Below are positions 10,222 through 20,655 of a stretch of 64,000 nucleotides of DNA, in pieces. The translations under genes were made by a program, and so were the position numbers. The DNA is from Andalucia godoyi And28 (lineage: Eukaryota > Protista > Jakobida): positions 62,001 through 126,000 of the forward strand of contig VRVR01000061.1 in the NCBI GenBank assembly GCA_009859145.1, read 5' to 3'. Position 1 is the first letter of the stretch. Each line of letters begins with the position of its first letter. The notes below the pieces were generated by a model. That model ran no database searches. It saw only the letters and a program-made list of their open reading frames with translations, and was not told the DNA's origin.

Positions 10222-10629
10222 CGACCCCTCAAGCAGACAAAACATCACATGGCTCCATAGAGGGGGACTTCCCAGCAAACTCAAACCGGCCATGCCCGAA
10301 GATGCCGAGAACCAAAGAAACCCGTTGATCCCCCTCTCGTCGCAACTTGCCGAGCAAGCTGATGATCATCGAACCACGGAGATGTGTGTTCGATTGCGCG
10401 TTCGGAATGCGAGTATTCGCATCCGCCCGACCAACGCAGTTTGCGAGCGACGTTCAATTTTGAATGCTGAATCGATCGGGGGAACATGTTGGTTGCGATG
10501 ACCCTTTTGATGCAGAGTTGGTGCTCGCCCCCCAAAATAAAAACAAAGAACACGTGGCTTGGATCTGTCTTCTGCGACACCTTACCCAATGATGATCAAT
10601 AATGATTCATGTTTTGGTGAGCGGTTGCG
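10222..10629 (+). mobile_element. Dispersed repeat family C copy 1, putative IS607/Fanzor-like non-autonomous element
   Basis: Homologous to 40549..40903. Starts ATCG|ACCCCTCAAGCAG and ends TTTTGGTGAGCGGTTGCG. Weak TnpB-like N-terminus (MPRTKKR..ASIRIRPT by consensus of the two copies). No DRD motif seen. Confidence 0.6.
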
Positions 10630-10923
10630 AAAAGAAGAGAGAGAGAGAAATACCTATACTTTTGGGGGGGAGTCTGGGGTCTGGGGTCCGGGGCCCGGGG
10701 GGGCTTTCCTCACACTTTTCATTCCTCCGCCATCATGTTTTAATTTTTAGGTTTTTTAAAAGGGGAAAAAAAAGCCGCCCTTTTTGGCTTTTGTCAAGTA
10801 ACTTGCAGACTGTCGGTCGAGTTTTGTTTGTTGTTTTTTTGTTGTTGTTTTTTTGCCTTCTCCTTCCTATACTTGCGTCCACGAAGCTTGCGAGAATAAA
10901 AAATAGCAAGTCTCATAGAGAAC

Positions 10924-11463
10924 ATGACAAAGATTCTGATTTTTGTGGTTGCCGTAGCTTTGGCAGTGGTCGGTTTCGCACCGAGCGTGCATGGATGCTC
11001 GACGCTTCCGAACCAGGCATTTGCGACTGGAGTGATCAATGGCGTTGATATCTGGGACTATGTCGACTGGTGCTCATGCACGAATCCCAACCTGAACACG
11101 CTGACGACTCCCATTTCCAGTCTGTCAACTGCAGTCTCCAGTGTTGACTGCTGGGACGTCTTCGCCTCGCCTCACCATCTCTACACGGCTTTCCAGGCCT
11201 TGCAGACCCTCATGGGCGCTCTCTCGACCCAGATCCAGACTTGCGGTTCTCAAGCATCAGATGTCGTGACCACAATCGCAACGGCAAACTCGAATCTCTC
11301 CGGCTTAATGTCCGCACTCCAGTCAAACTGGAATGTCAACGACAATATGGCTACCATCGGAGCGTCCCTCTGCATGTTCTACTCGGACAAGAATAACGGC
11401 ATGCCCGGCACAGCTGGCAGTGCCATCGGAGGTGCTATCTTTTCTCTTGCAAACCCCATCTAA
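10924..11463 (+). CDS. Small secreted Cys-containing protein (179 aa), unknown family
   Basis: Signal peptide MTKILIFVVAVALAVVGFA, six Cys, clean ORF with biased codons. Confidence 0.8.
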   Translation: MTKILIFVVAVALAVVGFAPSVHGCSTLPNQAFATGVINGVDIWDYVDWCSCTNPNLNTLTTPISSLSTAVSSVDCWDVFASPHHLYTAFQALQTLMGALSTQIQTCGSQASDVVTTIATANSNLSGLMSALQSNWNVNDNMATIGASLCMFYSDKNNGMPGTAGSAIGGAIFSLANPI

Positions 11464-12067
11464 TCCAGTTCATCATTTGCTGCATTCTTCGTTTTGAATT
11501 CTCTTTTGTTGTTGTTTTTTGGCTGTATTTTTCGTTGTACGTAGTATTTTACTCCTTTTGTCTTGTTTTGCTCGATCTTTCCGAAATAATTTAAAAAAAT
11601 TCTTTCCTTCTTGGTTTTGTAATCTGCATGCTCCATGTGTCGTTTCCTGGTTTCAAGGGGAAAATCATGACACTGATCCGTCTGACAGCTTCTTCGCTCA
11701 TCTTTCGTCTTGCTTCGCGCCTGCAGGTGGTGCCGCTCAAGAGTGCGTCTCTAAATTCTTTTTGGACAGCAGGCTTGCCCGTCCAATTCACGGAACGGCA
11801 GTAATCGTATGAATGAGCTCGTTGGCGACTTGGAGCGCCACGCGGCAGTCGCCTGTAAATTTTAAATTAAAAAAAAAAGAAACGCATAGGGTTCAAGTGT
11901 TGATTGACACAAAACAGGCCAAACAGTCTAAACTTGCCCTTTTGGCCGCGTTTCTCTGTTTCGCAATTTTGGATTCCGTCTAATTGTTTGCTGTTCTCGG
12001 AATTTGGATTCTCCCTCTTCATTCTTCTTTTACTTGTTCTTTCTTCTTCTTTCTCCACAGAGAGAGA

Positions 12068-12111
<44 letters not shown>

Positions 12112-12133
12112 GTGTGAGTGTGTGTGTGTGTGA
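12068..12133 (+). repeat. (GT)n microsatellite upstream of Sec24
   Basis: Imperfect GTGTGT run seen directly. Confidence 0.9.
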
Positions 12134-12243
12134 GTGCGGGAGTGCTTGTGTGCGTGTGGGTTGTTATTGTTTGTTTATTGCTATTTTATTTTATTTTAAA
12201 TTAGCTTTTGGTTGTTGTTGTCTTTGTGAGCTGCTTTTTGAAA

Positions 12244-15200
12244 ATGAGCCAGCCTCCCTCACAACAGTATCCGGTTCCTCCAGGGTTTGCAGCCTCGCCT
12301 CCAATGCCTTCTTTTGCGCCGACTCATGGCTCAATGTACCAGCCTCCTCCTCAACCCGCTCCTATGCAACCGCACCAACCGATGCCTATGCAACCGCACC
12401 AACCGATGCCTATGCAGCCAGGTTATCAGCATCAACCGTTCGGATCGCATCAGCCTCCGCCACCCCCGGCTTCCTTCGCGCAATTGCAACAGCCGCCTCC
12501 AAGCTCAGCCATGCCTGCTGCACCAGGATTCTATAATCCATCAGCACCGCGACTGTCAGCTCCAGGGACTGCAACAGGCACAGCCGTGGTCGCGGGGGCC
12601 GTTGCGCCACCGCAACCTCCGTCTTCAGCACAGCCGTCGACCTTTCCGCCACCACCTTCAGGGTTCGCTTCTGCTCCTCCTGCTGCTGCTGGTCCCATGA
12701 GGCCTCCCGGAGGGTTCACGTCTTCATCTGCTGTGTACTCTCCTCCGCCGCCGCAGCCGCCGTCGTCCTCGTTCCCTGGTGCTGCTGTTCCTGCGCCTCC
12801 GATGGCTTCTCCATTTCCCAATCCTGCCGGCCCCGCACCCACCGGCTTCGCCCCTCTGCATGCAGGTGCACCGTCACAACCGCCACCTCCTCCGTCTGGA
12901 TTTGCAAATACTCTGGCGCCATCTCCCTTTGGTGCTGTGCAGTCGCCGCCTCCGCCGACATCCAGCGGTGGATATCATCCACAGCCGTCAGGGCAACCGC
13001 AAGTCCATGGCCAACCGTTTGGACAGTCGTTCCAGACTGCTCAATCTCACCAACATGCGCCTCCTCCTATGATGGGATATGGACAGCAATCGCCACCAAT
13101 GGTGCATCAGCACCCTCCTGGACCAGGCATGATGACGGCATCGATGCCAGGACCTGCGCCACCCGCAATGGGCCAGGGAAGCGCGAACCAGCATCTTGCA
13201 CAACCAATGACGCATCAGCAACCGCAGATGATGGCGGCAAGTGCATCTCTGCAACTTACGGATTCCATGCTGCCTCGTAGAACACGCCCGGTTCCTGGGT
13301 TTGCACCTCGGTCTGCAATTGAGTTGTCCGTGGGTGTTCTTCCCGCGGCCCCTTCACTCGTCTCAAAGTTTACTCTTCCCGTCGGTGCGATTGTCACTCC
13401 GCTTCATATTCTGCCCTCTGAGGATGGAACCATTGGAAGAGATACGACTCCTGTCGTGCACTTCGGCTCCTGTGGAGTGGTACGGTGCAGACGCTGCAGA
13501 GCATACGTCAATCCGTTCGTTGCATTTACAGACTCCGGACGTCGCTGGATCTGCAATTTGTGCCGATTTGCAAATGATGTTCCCCCAGAATACTACTCGC
13601 CAGTGGATTCTCAGGGTGTCCGGGTGGACATCGCTCAGAGACCCGAGCTCTCGGTGACCTCTGTCGAATTTCTGGCCCCTGCGGAATACATGGTCCGGCC
13701 GCCACAGCCGCCTTGTTTTGTATTTGTGATCGATGTTTCCACCGGAGTGGCGCAAGAAAGCTTGCCTGCTTTGAGCCAGGCCCTTGCCTCTTGTGTCGGA
13801 GAACTGCCAGGAGATACTCGCACCTTGGTTTCAATTGTGTGTTTTGACTCGGCAGTCCATTTGTTTACTGTGGACGGTGAACGGAATTCATTCCGCATCT
13901 CGACCATTGCGGATCCACATCCTGCGGGGGCCGCACCGACTCTTCCAAAAGAGAATTCCGACGGCAGTGCTGCAGCGTCGCCGTTTATGGATGACGGTCC
14001 TCTTTGTCTACCCGCCCCTGTGTCTTCTCTGTTGGTTCCTGTTAAGGACGCACTGCCAACATTGCAGAAGCTAATTTTGTCTCTTCCTCGCTTGTTCCCG
14101 TCTCAGTCGGTGTCTGCACAGTGCTGCACTGGCACGGCGCTGCACTATGCTCTCCGCATTATGGGGGGTATTGGTGGAAAACTTGTGCTTTTCCAAGGCT
14201 CGCTCCCGACACTGGGCCGGGGCGCGCTGCTTCCAGAGCGTGAGGACTTTAAGCTCTACGGGACGGACAAGGAAAAGAATTTGTTGGAGCCTGCTGAGAA
14301 GTATTACAAGGACCTTGCACTTGAATGTTCGCGCCTCCAGGTTGGCGTCGATGTTGTGTTGCTCGCCCCGAACACAGATCGATATACAGATGTCGCGACG
14401 CTCGCCGTTCTTGCTCGAGTTACTGGCGGGGCGTTGATCCGAGCCCCTCCTCAGTCCTCTGCACGGCGTGCCAATGTTGAATCTGAAAATCCATGGATTC
14501 ACGATGGTCGTTTGCGGTCTCTCTTGTGCCCCGCTGCGATGGCTCTGGAGGCTGTGATGCGAGTTCGCCCTTCGCTTGGGCTCCGCTGCACAGATTTCTT
14601 TGGGAATTTTTATCTCCGATCAACGGACTTGCTAGCTCTTCCTAATGTGTCTGCAAACCAGTCCTTTGGAGTTATTATCCAACATGCTCCGTCTGCATCA
14701 GGAGGTCCGCAGGTTGTTCCGACGCCGGTTGCATACTTGCAGGCTGCTTTGCTGTACACGAGTACGAACGGCGAGCGCCGTATTCGTGTTCACAATATCC
14801 AGCTTCCTGTGTCGAATGCCCTGTCTGAAGTTGTGGATTCTGTGAATTCCCGTGTTCTTGCGGACCTCGTTGCCAGGCAAGCAGCGACTGCGGTGCTTGC
14901 TGGCACGCAAAAGCTGCAACAAGTTCGTCTTGGCATCCAGGATGCTTGCGTTTTCTCTTTGAGGTCTGTCCGCGGAATGTTCCAGACCTCGTATCCTGGA
15001 CAGGATGTCGGCTCACTTGTCGCCAATGGAATTGTGCCTCGTAATATGTCGACGTACCCGCTCTATGCTTTGGCGCTGTTGAAACATTCTGCTTTCCGTG
15101 CTGATACAGATGTCCGTGCTGACGAGCGCATCGAAGCGCTGCAGTCACTGCTGTTCTACTCGTCAGATGCAAATCTCTCTCCTGTCATGATTAATCTTTC

Positions 15201-15612
15201 TCGCTTCTTCTCGTCCCCAGAGCTTACGGGATTGGAGTGCACAGTTCCGCTATCTCGCGCATACTTGGACACTGAAGCTGCATATCTCTTGGTGTACGGC
15301 CCAATGCCCGCAGATGCGTTGGTATGGCTTGGAGCGCAGTGCACAATCGATGCGGAATCGGTCGGAAGAGATGCGAGGTTCCAGCGACTGCTGTGTCTCT
15401 TTGGAATTAAGAGCGTTCCTGCCGAGAATTGGGTTTCGGAAGGTGGTCGGCCTATCCCACTGTCAGCAAACATGTCGAGTGTTGCGTCATCCCAGTTTTC
15501 TCAAAAGGCAGAAAAGAGGTTTTATCGGTACCTCGTTGAAGATCGAGGAGCATCTGCGATGAGCTATTTGGAGTTTATGCAGTTCTTGGTCAGTAATGTT
15601 CCTCCAAAATGA
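12244..15612 (+). CDS. SEC24: COPII coat subunit Sec24
   Basis: Pro-rich N-terminus; Zn finger RCRRCRAYVNPF...WICNLC; trunk/vWA domain FVIDVS; beta-sandwich MALEAVMRVR and ERRIRVHN; C-terminal YLVEDR...SYLEF. Confidence 0.97.
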   Translation: MSQPPSQQYPVPPGFAASPPMPSFAPTHGSMYQPPPQPAPMQPHQPMPMQPHQPMPMQPGYQHQPFGSHQPPPPPASFAQLQQPPPSSAMPAAPGFYNPSAPRLSAPGTATGTAVVAGAVAPPQPPSSAQPSTFPPPPSGFASAPPAAAGPMRPPGGFTSSSAVYSPPPPQPPSSSFPGAAVPAPPMASPFPNPAGPAPTGFAPLHAGAPSQPPPPPSGFANTLAPSPFGAVQSPPPPTSSGGYHPQPSGQPQVHGQPFGQSFQTAQSHQHAPPPMMGYGQQSPPMVHQHPPGPGMMTASMPGPAPPAMGQGSANQHLAQPMTHQQPQMMAASASLQLTDSMLPRRTRPVPGFAPRSAIELSVGVLPAAPSLVSKFTLPVGAIVTPLHILPSEDGTIGRDTTPVVHFGSCGVVRCRRCRAYVNPFVAFTDSGRRWICNLCRFANDVPPEYYSPVDSQGVRVDIAQRPELSVTSVEFLAPAEYMVRPPQPPCFVFVIDVSTGVAQESLPALSQALASCVGELPGDTRTLVSIVCFDSAVHLFTVDGERNSFRISTIADPHPAGAAPTLPKENSDGSAAASPFMDDGPLCLPAPVSSLLVPVKDALPTLQKLILSLPRLFPSQSVSAQCCTGTALHYALRIMGGIGGKLVLFQGSLPTLGRGALLPEREDFKLYGTDKEKNLLEPAEKYYKDLALECSRLQVGVDVVLLAPNTDRYTDVATLAVLARVTGGALIRAPPQSSARRANVESENPWIHDGRLRSLLCPAAMALEAVMRVRPSLGLRCTDFFGNFYLRSTDLLALPNVSANQSFGVIIQHAPSASGGPQVVPTPVAYLQAALLYTSTNGERRIRVHNIQLPVSNALSEVVDSVNSRVLADLVARQAATAVLAGTQKLQQVRLGIQDACVFSLRSVRGMFQTSYPGQDVGSLVANGIVPRNMSTYPLYALALLKHSAFRADTDVRADERIEALQSLLFYSSDANLSPVMINLSRFFSSPELTGLECTVPLSRAYLDTEAAYLLVYGPMPADALVWLGAQCTIDAESVGRDARFQRLLCLFGIKSVPAENWVSEGGRPIPLSANMSSVASSQFSQKAEKRFYRYLVEDRGASAMSYLEFMQFLVSNVPPK

Positions 15613-15835
15613 TGGAACGCGGAAAGTCCTAAACATCTTCATAAAAGTCTTGTTGGTATTGATCCAAATTCTTCGCAAGGAAAGGCCGCCGGGTAGCCAC
15701 GTCCTGTTGCAGTGCCGCTTGCAGTCGAATTTCTTTCATTTTTTTATATTTTTTATTATTATTGCTATTTATTATACTATTATTATTTTTGTTTGTTTTA
15801 CTCATTCATTCTCACAGCTCTGATAAGGACAAGAA

Positions 15836-16486
15836 ATGTCAAAAGTCTCATTCAAACTGAACAAACGAGATGAACCGTCAAATGTCGAGTTGAAGCAACC
15901 GCCGCTGACAACACGGCGCATTGACATGACGGATGCAGATGAGAACGAAGACGACGAAGAAGTGTTTTCTGCACGCTCTGCAAAGCGCAGAAAGGAAAGC
16001 GCAGTCGAAGACTTTGACGCAGAGTTGTTTTCGACGCCGCATTCTTTGGCGGTTGACAGCGAATGTGCGAAGAACTTGCAAGAAACGGGTTCCTTTGCGA
16101 TGACGAAGGTTCTTGATGCTGCGAACGCACGGAAAGTGGATCGAGAACTGGCTCGTGAAGAACGGTTTTCCCGAGATCGGCTTGAGGAGCAGACTCGAGG
16201 GGAGTTTGCGGGGAAGGAGGAGTTTGTGACATCTGCCTACCGTGAAATCAAGGCTAAGAGAGCAGCGCTTGACAAGAAACTCTCCTCCATGCGCGACCCA
16301 TCTGCCAGCTTGGTGACTGCACAATCGACTGTGAGCGGCTCTTCTCTGCGCTCTCGTCCTTCTGCAAGTGCTACATCAGGTTCTGGTGAAGCTCCTTCTT
16401 CTCAAGTGCCGTTGGAGGTTCGAGTTGAAGCAGCGAAAGAGAGATATCTTCAACGAAGAGCCAAAAGGGTTGCAAGATGTCGTTAA
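15836..16486 (+). CDS. NSRP1: NSRP1/CCDC55-like (DUF2040) splicing regulator
   Basis: KVLDAANARKVDRE...EFAGKEEFVTSAY and C-terminal AAKERYLQRR match the family pattern. Confidence 0.75.
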   Translation: MSKVSFKLNKRDEPSNVELKQPPLTTRRIDMTDADENEDDEEVFSARSAKRRKESAVEDFDAELFSTPHSLAVDSECAKNLQETGSFAMTKVLDAANARKVDRELAREERFSRDRLEEQTRGEFAGKEEFVTSAYREIKAKRAALDKKLSSMRDPSASLVTAQSTVSGSSLRSRPSASATSGSGEAPSSQVPLEVRVEAAKERYLQRRAKRVARCR

Positions 16487-16562
16487 GACGCGCAGATCCA
16501 TTCACCTTGTCGCTTTCTCACTGTGTGCTTTATTTTACACTCAAAAAAAGACTACGCGGACC

Positions 16563-17252
16563 TTACACCAAAGCGTCGTCGTCATCATCGTCGTTGTCGT
16601 TGTCGAACAATCGCGCATGGTGAGCACGTCGATGTGCTGCTTCTTGTGCAGGCGCTTGAAATGGCTGCCCGGATCTTGTGCCAGCTCTCGAAGCAAGTTC
16701 AAGATGGTCCTCCGTATCGGCACCGTCGATGCCATCGAGGATTTCTTGCTGCCCGTCTTCCGTGGACACCGTGTTCCTGCCCGAGATACTGTTGCTCATG
16801 GCTGCTTCTGTGTTCCATGTGTCTATCGCTGGGTCTGCCGAAAGAGCGTGTGTTGTTGCATCATCATTCTTTCTCGTGTTGAGCAGTCCTTCGTGCCTCG
16901 ATCGACGCAGTTCTTGCAATCCGTGGGCTACGTCCTTGTTATGTCGAAGTCCCGCAACTTGTCTGTAGAACTCGAGTCCGTCCAAGTGCGGCCAAAGCTT
17001 TTGCGCAGAAGCTCTGTATGCATCGAGCAGTAAGGTAAGAGAATACTTCAGCTTTTCCGACGATTTTGTAATGTGTTTTGGCGGGCGGAAAGAAATCGAT
17101 GCAAGTTCGTCGTACAAAATGGGAAGCTTTGTGGCGAGTTTGTCTGCAGGAACAGCAGTTTTCAAGTGCGGCTTTCTCAACTTCTTGATTGGAACAACAA
17201 CTTGGTCATCTGCTGCTGCTGCAGACTTCTGGCTCCCATTCCTCACCGACAT
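16563..17252 (-). CDS. Swi3/Csm3/Tipin-like replication fork protection protein
   Basis: KLPILYDEL..FRPP...LTLLLDAYRASAQKLWPHL..EFYRQV resembles the Swi3 domain; acidic tail. Confidence 0.55.
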   Translation of the reverse strand: MSVRNGSQKSAAAADDQVVVPIKKLRKPHLKTAVPADKLATKLPILYDELASISFRPPKHITKSSEKLKYSLTLLLDAYRASAQKLWPHLDGLEFYRQVAGLRHNKDVAHGLQELRRSRHEGLLNTRKNDDATTHALSADPAIDTWNTEAAMSNSISGRNTVSTEDGQQEILDGIDGADTEDHLELASRAGTRSGQPFQAPAQEAAHRRAHHARLFDNDNDDDDDDALV

Positions 17253-17729
17253 TCTCTCCTAGAAAAGGGTGGGTACGTATCTTCACAGCCACTCGAAGAA
17301 ACGACAGAAAGAGATCAAAAACAATCAAGCAATCAAAAGACCAGAAATCCTTTAAAGAAGCTGTAAAAAAATAAAAATAAAAAAACAGCAACAAATAAAT
17401 AAGCATTGGACGCAAAACGCCCGCCATTTCTGCAGGAAACTCTCCGGCGCGCGCCAATTCGTACCCTCCGCTTTTCTTGTTGCTTTTCAGAATCCAGATG
17501 CGGCGGCAGATGGCCAATTCGATGTTTTTTCCCCTTCTTTTGACTCTTGTTTTTCGTTTCTTTCTCCATTTCATTTGCTCTTTTCCACCTTCTCTTATAA
17601 TTTTTTTCCTCTCACATCTCTTTCTGTCTTGCTCTCGTTTTTGTTACATCGACTTAGCCTCGGGGTGTTGTATGTTTCATTCTTGGAGGAAAATAAGGAA
17701 AACGCAAAAGGAAGCATTGTCACGAGGAA

Positions 17730-20111
17730 ATGTCAAAGACACAGCGATCACTGACTTCGTTTTTCTCTGGTCGTCCTTCAAACAAGAAAGATGCACTGCC
17801 TGTTTTGCATTCGTCCTCTGTTGCGGATCAGAACAAGCCTTCAATTGAGCGTCTAAGCTCCAGCCAAACTAGTTCTTTTGGAGATCAAGCAGTCGCTCCT
17901 GAAGAAGCCCCTCGAGTTGAGGATGTCGAGGAATCGGCGGCATCCTTATATGATGAAAAGTCTCAGGCTTTGCCGGAATTAGAAGCACACCCCGTAGTAG
18001 CCTCCGAGATCCCTCCTACTCAAGAAGTTGTGCCTGTACTGCAGAGTGTTCCGATGAGCCCGGAGGGTGCTTCGGTCCAGTCAGCGAAGCCAGAACCGCA
18101 AACTCCTGCTGCTGCTCCAGCGCATATCATGTCTGCATCGGACTCGCAAACTGCAAATGGTACTCCGATTGCAAGCAAGGTTGAACTGGAGGCAGAAATC
18201 AGCAAACTGTGTTCCACCATTCAGTCTTTGCTGAAGTTCGAACAGACAAACATGATGCTCTGGAACGTGCCCATTGTCCCAGAGTTGATCAAGTCGTTTT
18301 CGGAAGCAGACTTTGATGCGTCAGCATGCATCCCCGAGGACTGGAACCGATTGTTTGGGTATCTTATTCAGGAGCAAGAATGCGAGCTGGATGAACTGGT
18401 GGCGATGATTTTTGCGTTGCTGAAGGACGAGACGAAGGGCGCTGCTGGACGGACAGTAACGCCAGAATCGATCAGGTCAAAGATACTTATTGTCGGAAAA
18501 AGGGAAGTATACGGGTGCGCAATCCGAAGCGGCGGCGTCTGGGAGGTCAAGAGTCATTATGCAATAATGGTAATGGAAACACTGATTGCTTCCATCTATC
18601 CTGCTGGCGTTCCTGATTCGTTGTGGGAACACAACCGGTGGGAAGTGTCTCCTGCAGTTTCAAAACTCATCGCAAAGAATATCCAGACAAGCTTGACGTC
18701 CAGGAAGGCAGAACGAAAAAGCCACAAGGCTGCAGTAAGCACTGTGTTGCGAGATCTGAAAGCAGCAGATCGCAAGTACCTGAAGGTTGTAGAACAGGAG
18801 AACAAAGTCGCCGAGCGATTGGAAAAAGAAAGGCGTGAGAGGGAACGAAAGGAAAAAGAAAAGGAAGTTCATGAAACAGCCTTGCCAAAGATTCGCACTC
18901 TGGCTGCCTTTGGATTTTCAATGACAGTAGGCTCCAGAAAGGAGCATTTGGAGGGAGACGCTGATGCTGCTAGGAATGCCGAGACAAGCAAAAAGTCCGT
19001 GATTCCTGCTTTGTACTTGGATTCTTTTACAAAACTGGCGCCAGCTGTTCGTGTAAGTCGAAAACTTTCAGACGACTGGTTGCAAGCGGCGCAAGTGGAT
19101 GATCTATCCCCGCTGGTAGCAGAATTTCGCAGGAGGCAGTGGTACTCAAAACAGCTGCCACGGAGACCGAAACGGGATGAACAAAAGATCGACGAGTTTC
19201 TGGCATTAGTTGATGGGGACATCGTGCCAGTGCAGGAGAAATTCAAGTTTCTAAAGTTTGAAGAAAGCTTGCGGCCGCCATACTTTGGAACGTACAGGAA
19301 AACGTCGAAGGTCATCAATGGGCGAAGGCCCTTCGCCCAAGATGCGTCTTTGTTCGACTACGAGGTGGAAAGTGATCTTGATTGGGAGGAGGAGAACGTC
19401 GAAGATGCCGAGTCCATTGGTTCAGATGGCGGTGATAAGGATGATGCTGACTCGGAAGACAATGAGTATTATGAGGATGAATTCTGTGTCGCAGATGACG
19501 ACACATTTTCTGATGCAGATCCGACAGGGTTTGCGGACTTGGACGAAGTTGACTGTGACGACATCAATTTGGACGACCTGGTGTCCTGCGACAAGGAGAA
19601 GAAGAAGAGAAAGCGAGAGCTCGTCGACGAGGATGAGGATGAACCAATCGAGGAGCCCGAGAAGAAGGCACCCAAAATCGAAGAAGGTCAAGCTGCAAAC
19701 TTTGTTAACGTCCCAACAAAGGCTGTTACGCTTGAATCAAGAAAAACAGGATCCCAAAGACAAATGGCCCCAGTATATACCAAGAATCTGTCGTGGGAGA
19801 CAGTCGTTCACTCAGAACCTTGCAAATTCCGGGACCCGTTGTGCAGGCTCGCTGGACATTCAATGCATGCGCTGACAACTCGCCGCTTCATTCCGTTTGA
19901 TACCGAGTATTTTACGGGTCCGGCAACACCGGTGAAGAAGGTCCGCCAGCCAAAATCCAAGAAGATGGTACCCGACACTCCAGAGGCGTTACGTGAACCT
20001 CTCATATCCATTCCGTGCAGCGACCAATTTTCTCCGCTGCCGACAAAGCAACCTCGATCAGCACTCGCTGAGATTTCGGTCAATTCTGCTGTTGCTTTCT
20101 CTATTCAATGA
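17730..20111 (+). CDS. CHAF1A: Chromatin assembly factor 1 subunit A (p150/Cac1)
   Basis: KER coiled coil, then KFLKFEESLRPPYFGTYRK...RRPFAQD..DYEVESDLDWEEE followed by an acidic ED tract. Confidence 0.9.
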   Translation: MSKTQRSLTSFFSGRPSNKKDALPVLHSSSVADQNKPSIERLSSSQTSSFGDQAVAPEEAPRVEDVEESAASLYDEKSQALPELEAHPVVASEIPPTQEVVPVLQSVPMSPEGASVQSAKPEPQTPAAAPAHIMSASDSQTANGTPIASKVELEAEISKLCSTIQSLLKFEQTNMMLWNVPIVPELIKSFSEADFDASACIPEDWNRLFGYLIQEQECELDELVAMIFALLKDETKGAAGRTVTPESIRSKILIVGKREVYGCAIRSGGVWEVKSHYAIMVMETLIASIYPAGVPDSLWEHNRWEVSPAVSKLIAKNIQTSLTSRKAERKSHKAAVSTVLRDLKAADRKYLKVVEQENKVAERLEKERRERERKEKEKEVHETALPKIRTLAAFGFSMTVGSRKEHLEGDADAARNAETSKKSVIPALYLDSFTKLAPAVRVSRKLSDDWLQAAQVDDLSPLVAEFRRRQWYSKQLPRRPKRDEQKIDEFLALVDGDIVPVQEKFKFLKFEESLRPPYFGTYRKTSKVINGRRPFAQDASLFDYEVESDLDWEEENVEDAESIGSDGGDKDDADSEDNEYYEDEFCVADDDTFSDADPTGFADLDEVDCDDINLDDLVSCDKEKKKRKRELVDEDEDEPIEEPEKKAPKIEEGQAANFVNVPTKAVTLESRKTGSQRQMAPVYTKNLSWETVVHSEPCKFRDPLCRLAGHSMHALTTRRFIPFDTEYFTGPATPVKKVRQPKSKKMVPDTPEALREPLISIPCSDQFSPLPTKQPRSALAEISVNSAVAFSIQ

Positions 20112-20655
20112 TTTTTCTGTCCTGCACCAAGAAACTGTTCAATAGGAAAAGCCAAGTTTAAAACAATGCGTTTTATTTATCTTCGATGTGATCTTGATCT
20201 TTTTGATATTATACATACATATATGTGTCAATGTATGTTATTTTTGTTTTGGCGTCCCCATCCCACCATTCGTTTGTCAACTTGTTTGTTGGTTGTTTTT
20301 TGTTTGTATGGGTGTATTTTCATTATTAAAATTTTGTAATCATCTTTTTGCGCGCCCTCTCCGCGGATAGCAGCTAGCAGCAAGCGTAGCATTTAAAATT
20401 ATTCATTAAAACGCATATCGAAATGGTTTGAACAAAAAACCTCTGTGGGTTCCTTCCTGCCTTCGTCCGAGCGAGTCTGGGGGAAACCGACCGAGAAGGA
20501 GAACAGCAACCAAAAGGCACAGTAAACTTTTCCTGTGGCATCGGCAAACACCTGGACATTCGTTTGAAAATTTAGTTTGCAAAAAGGGGGACACATTTAC
20601 GTGGTAAACATAGGCCGCAAGGCAAAAGGGAACCAAACATAGGAAAATCCCACAT

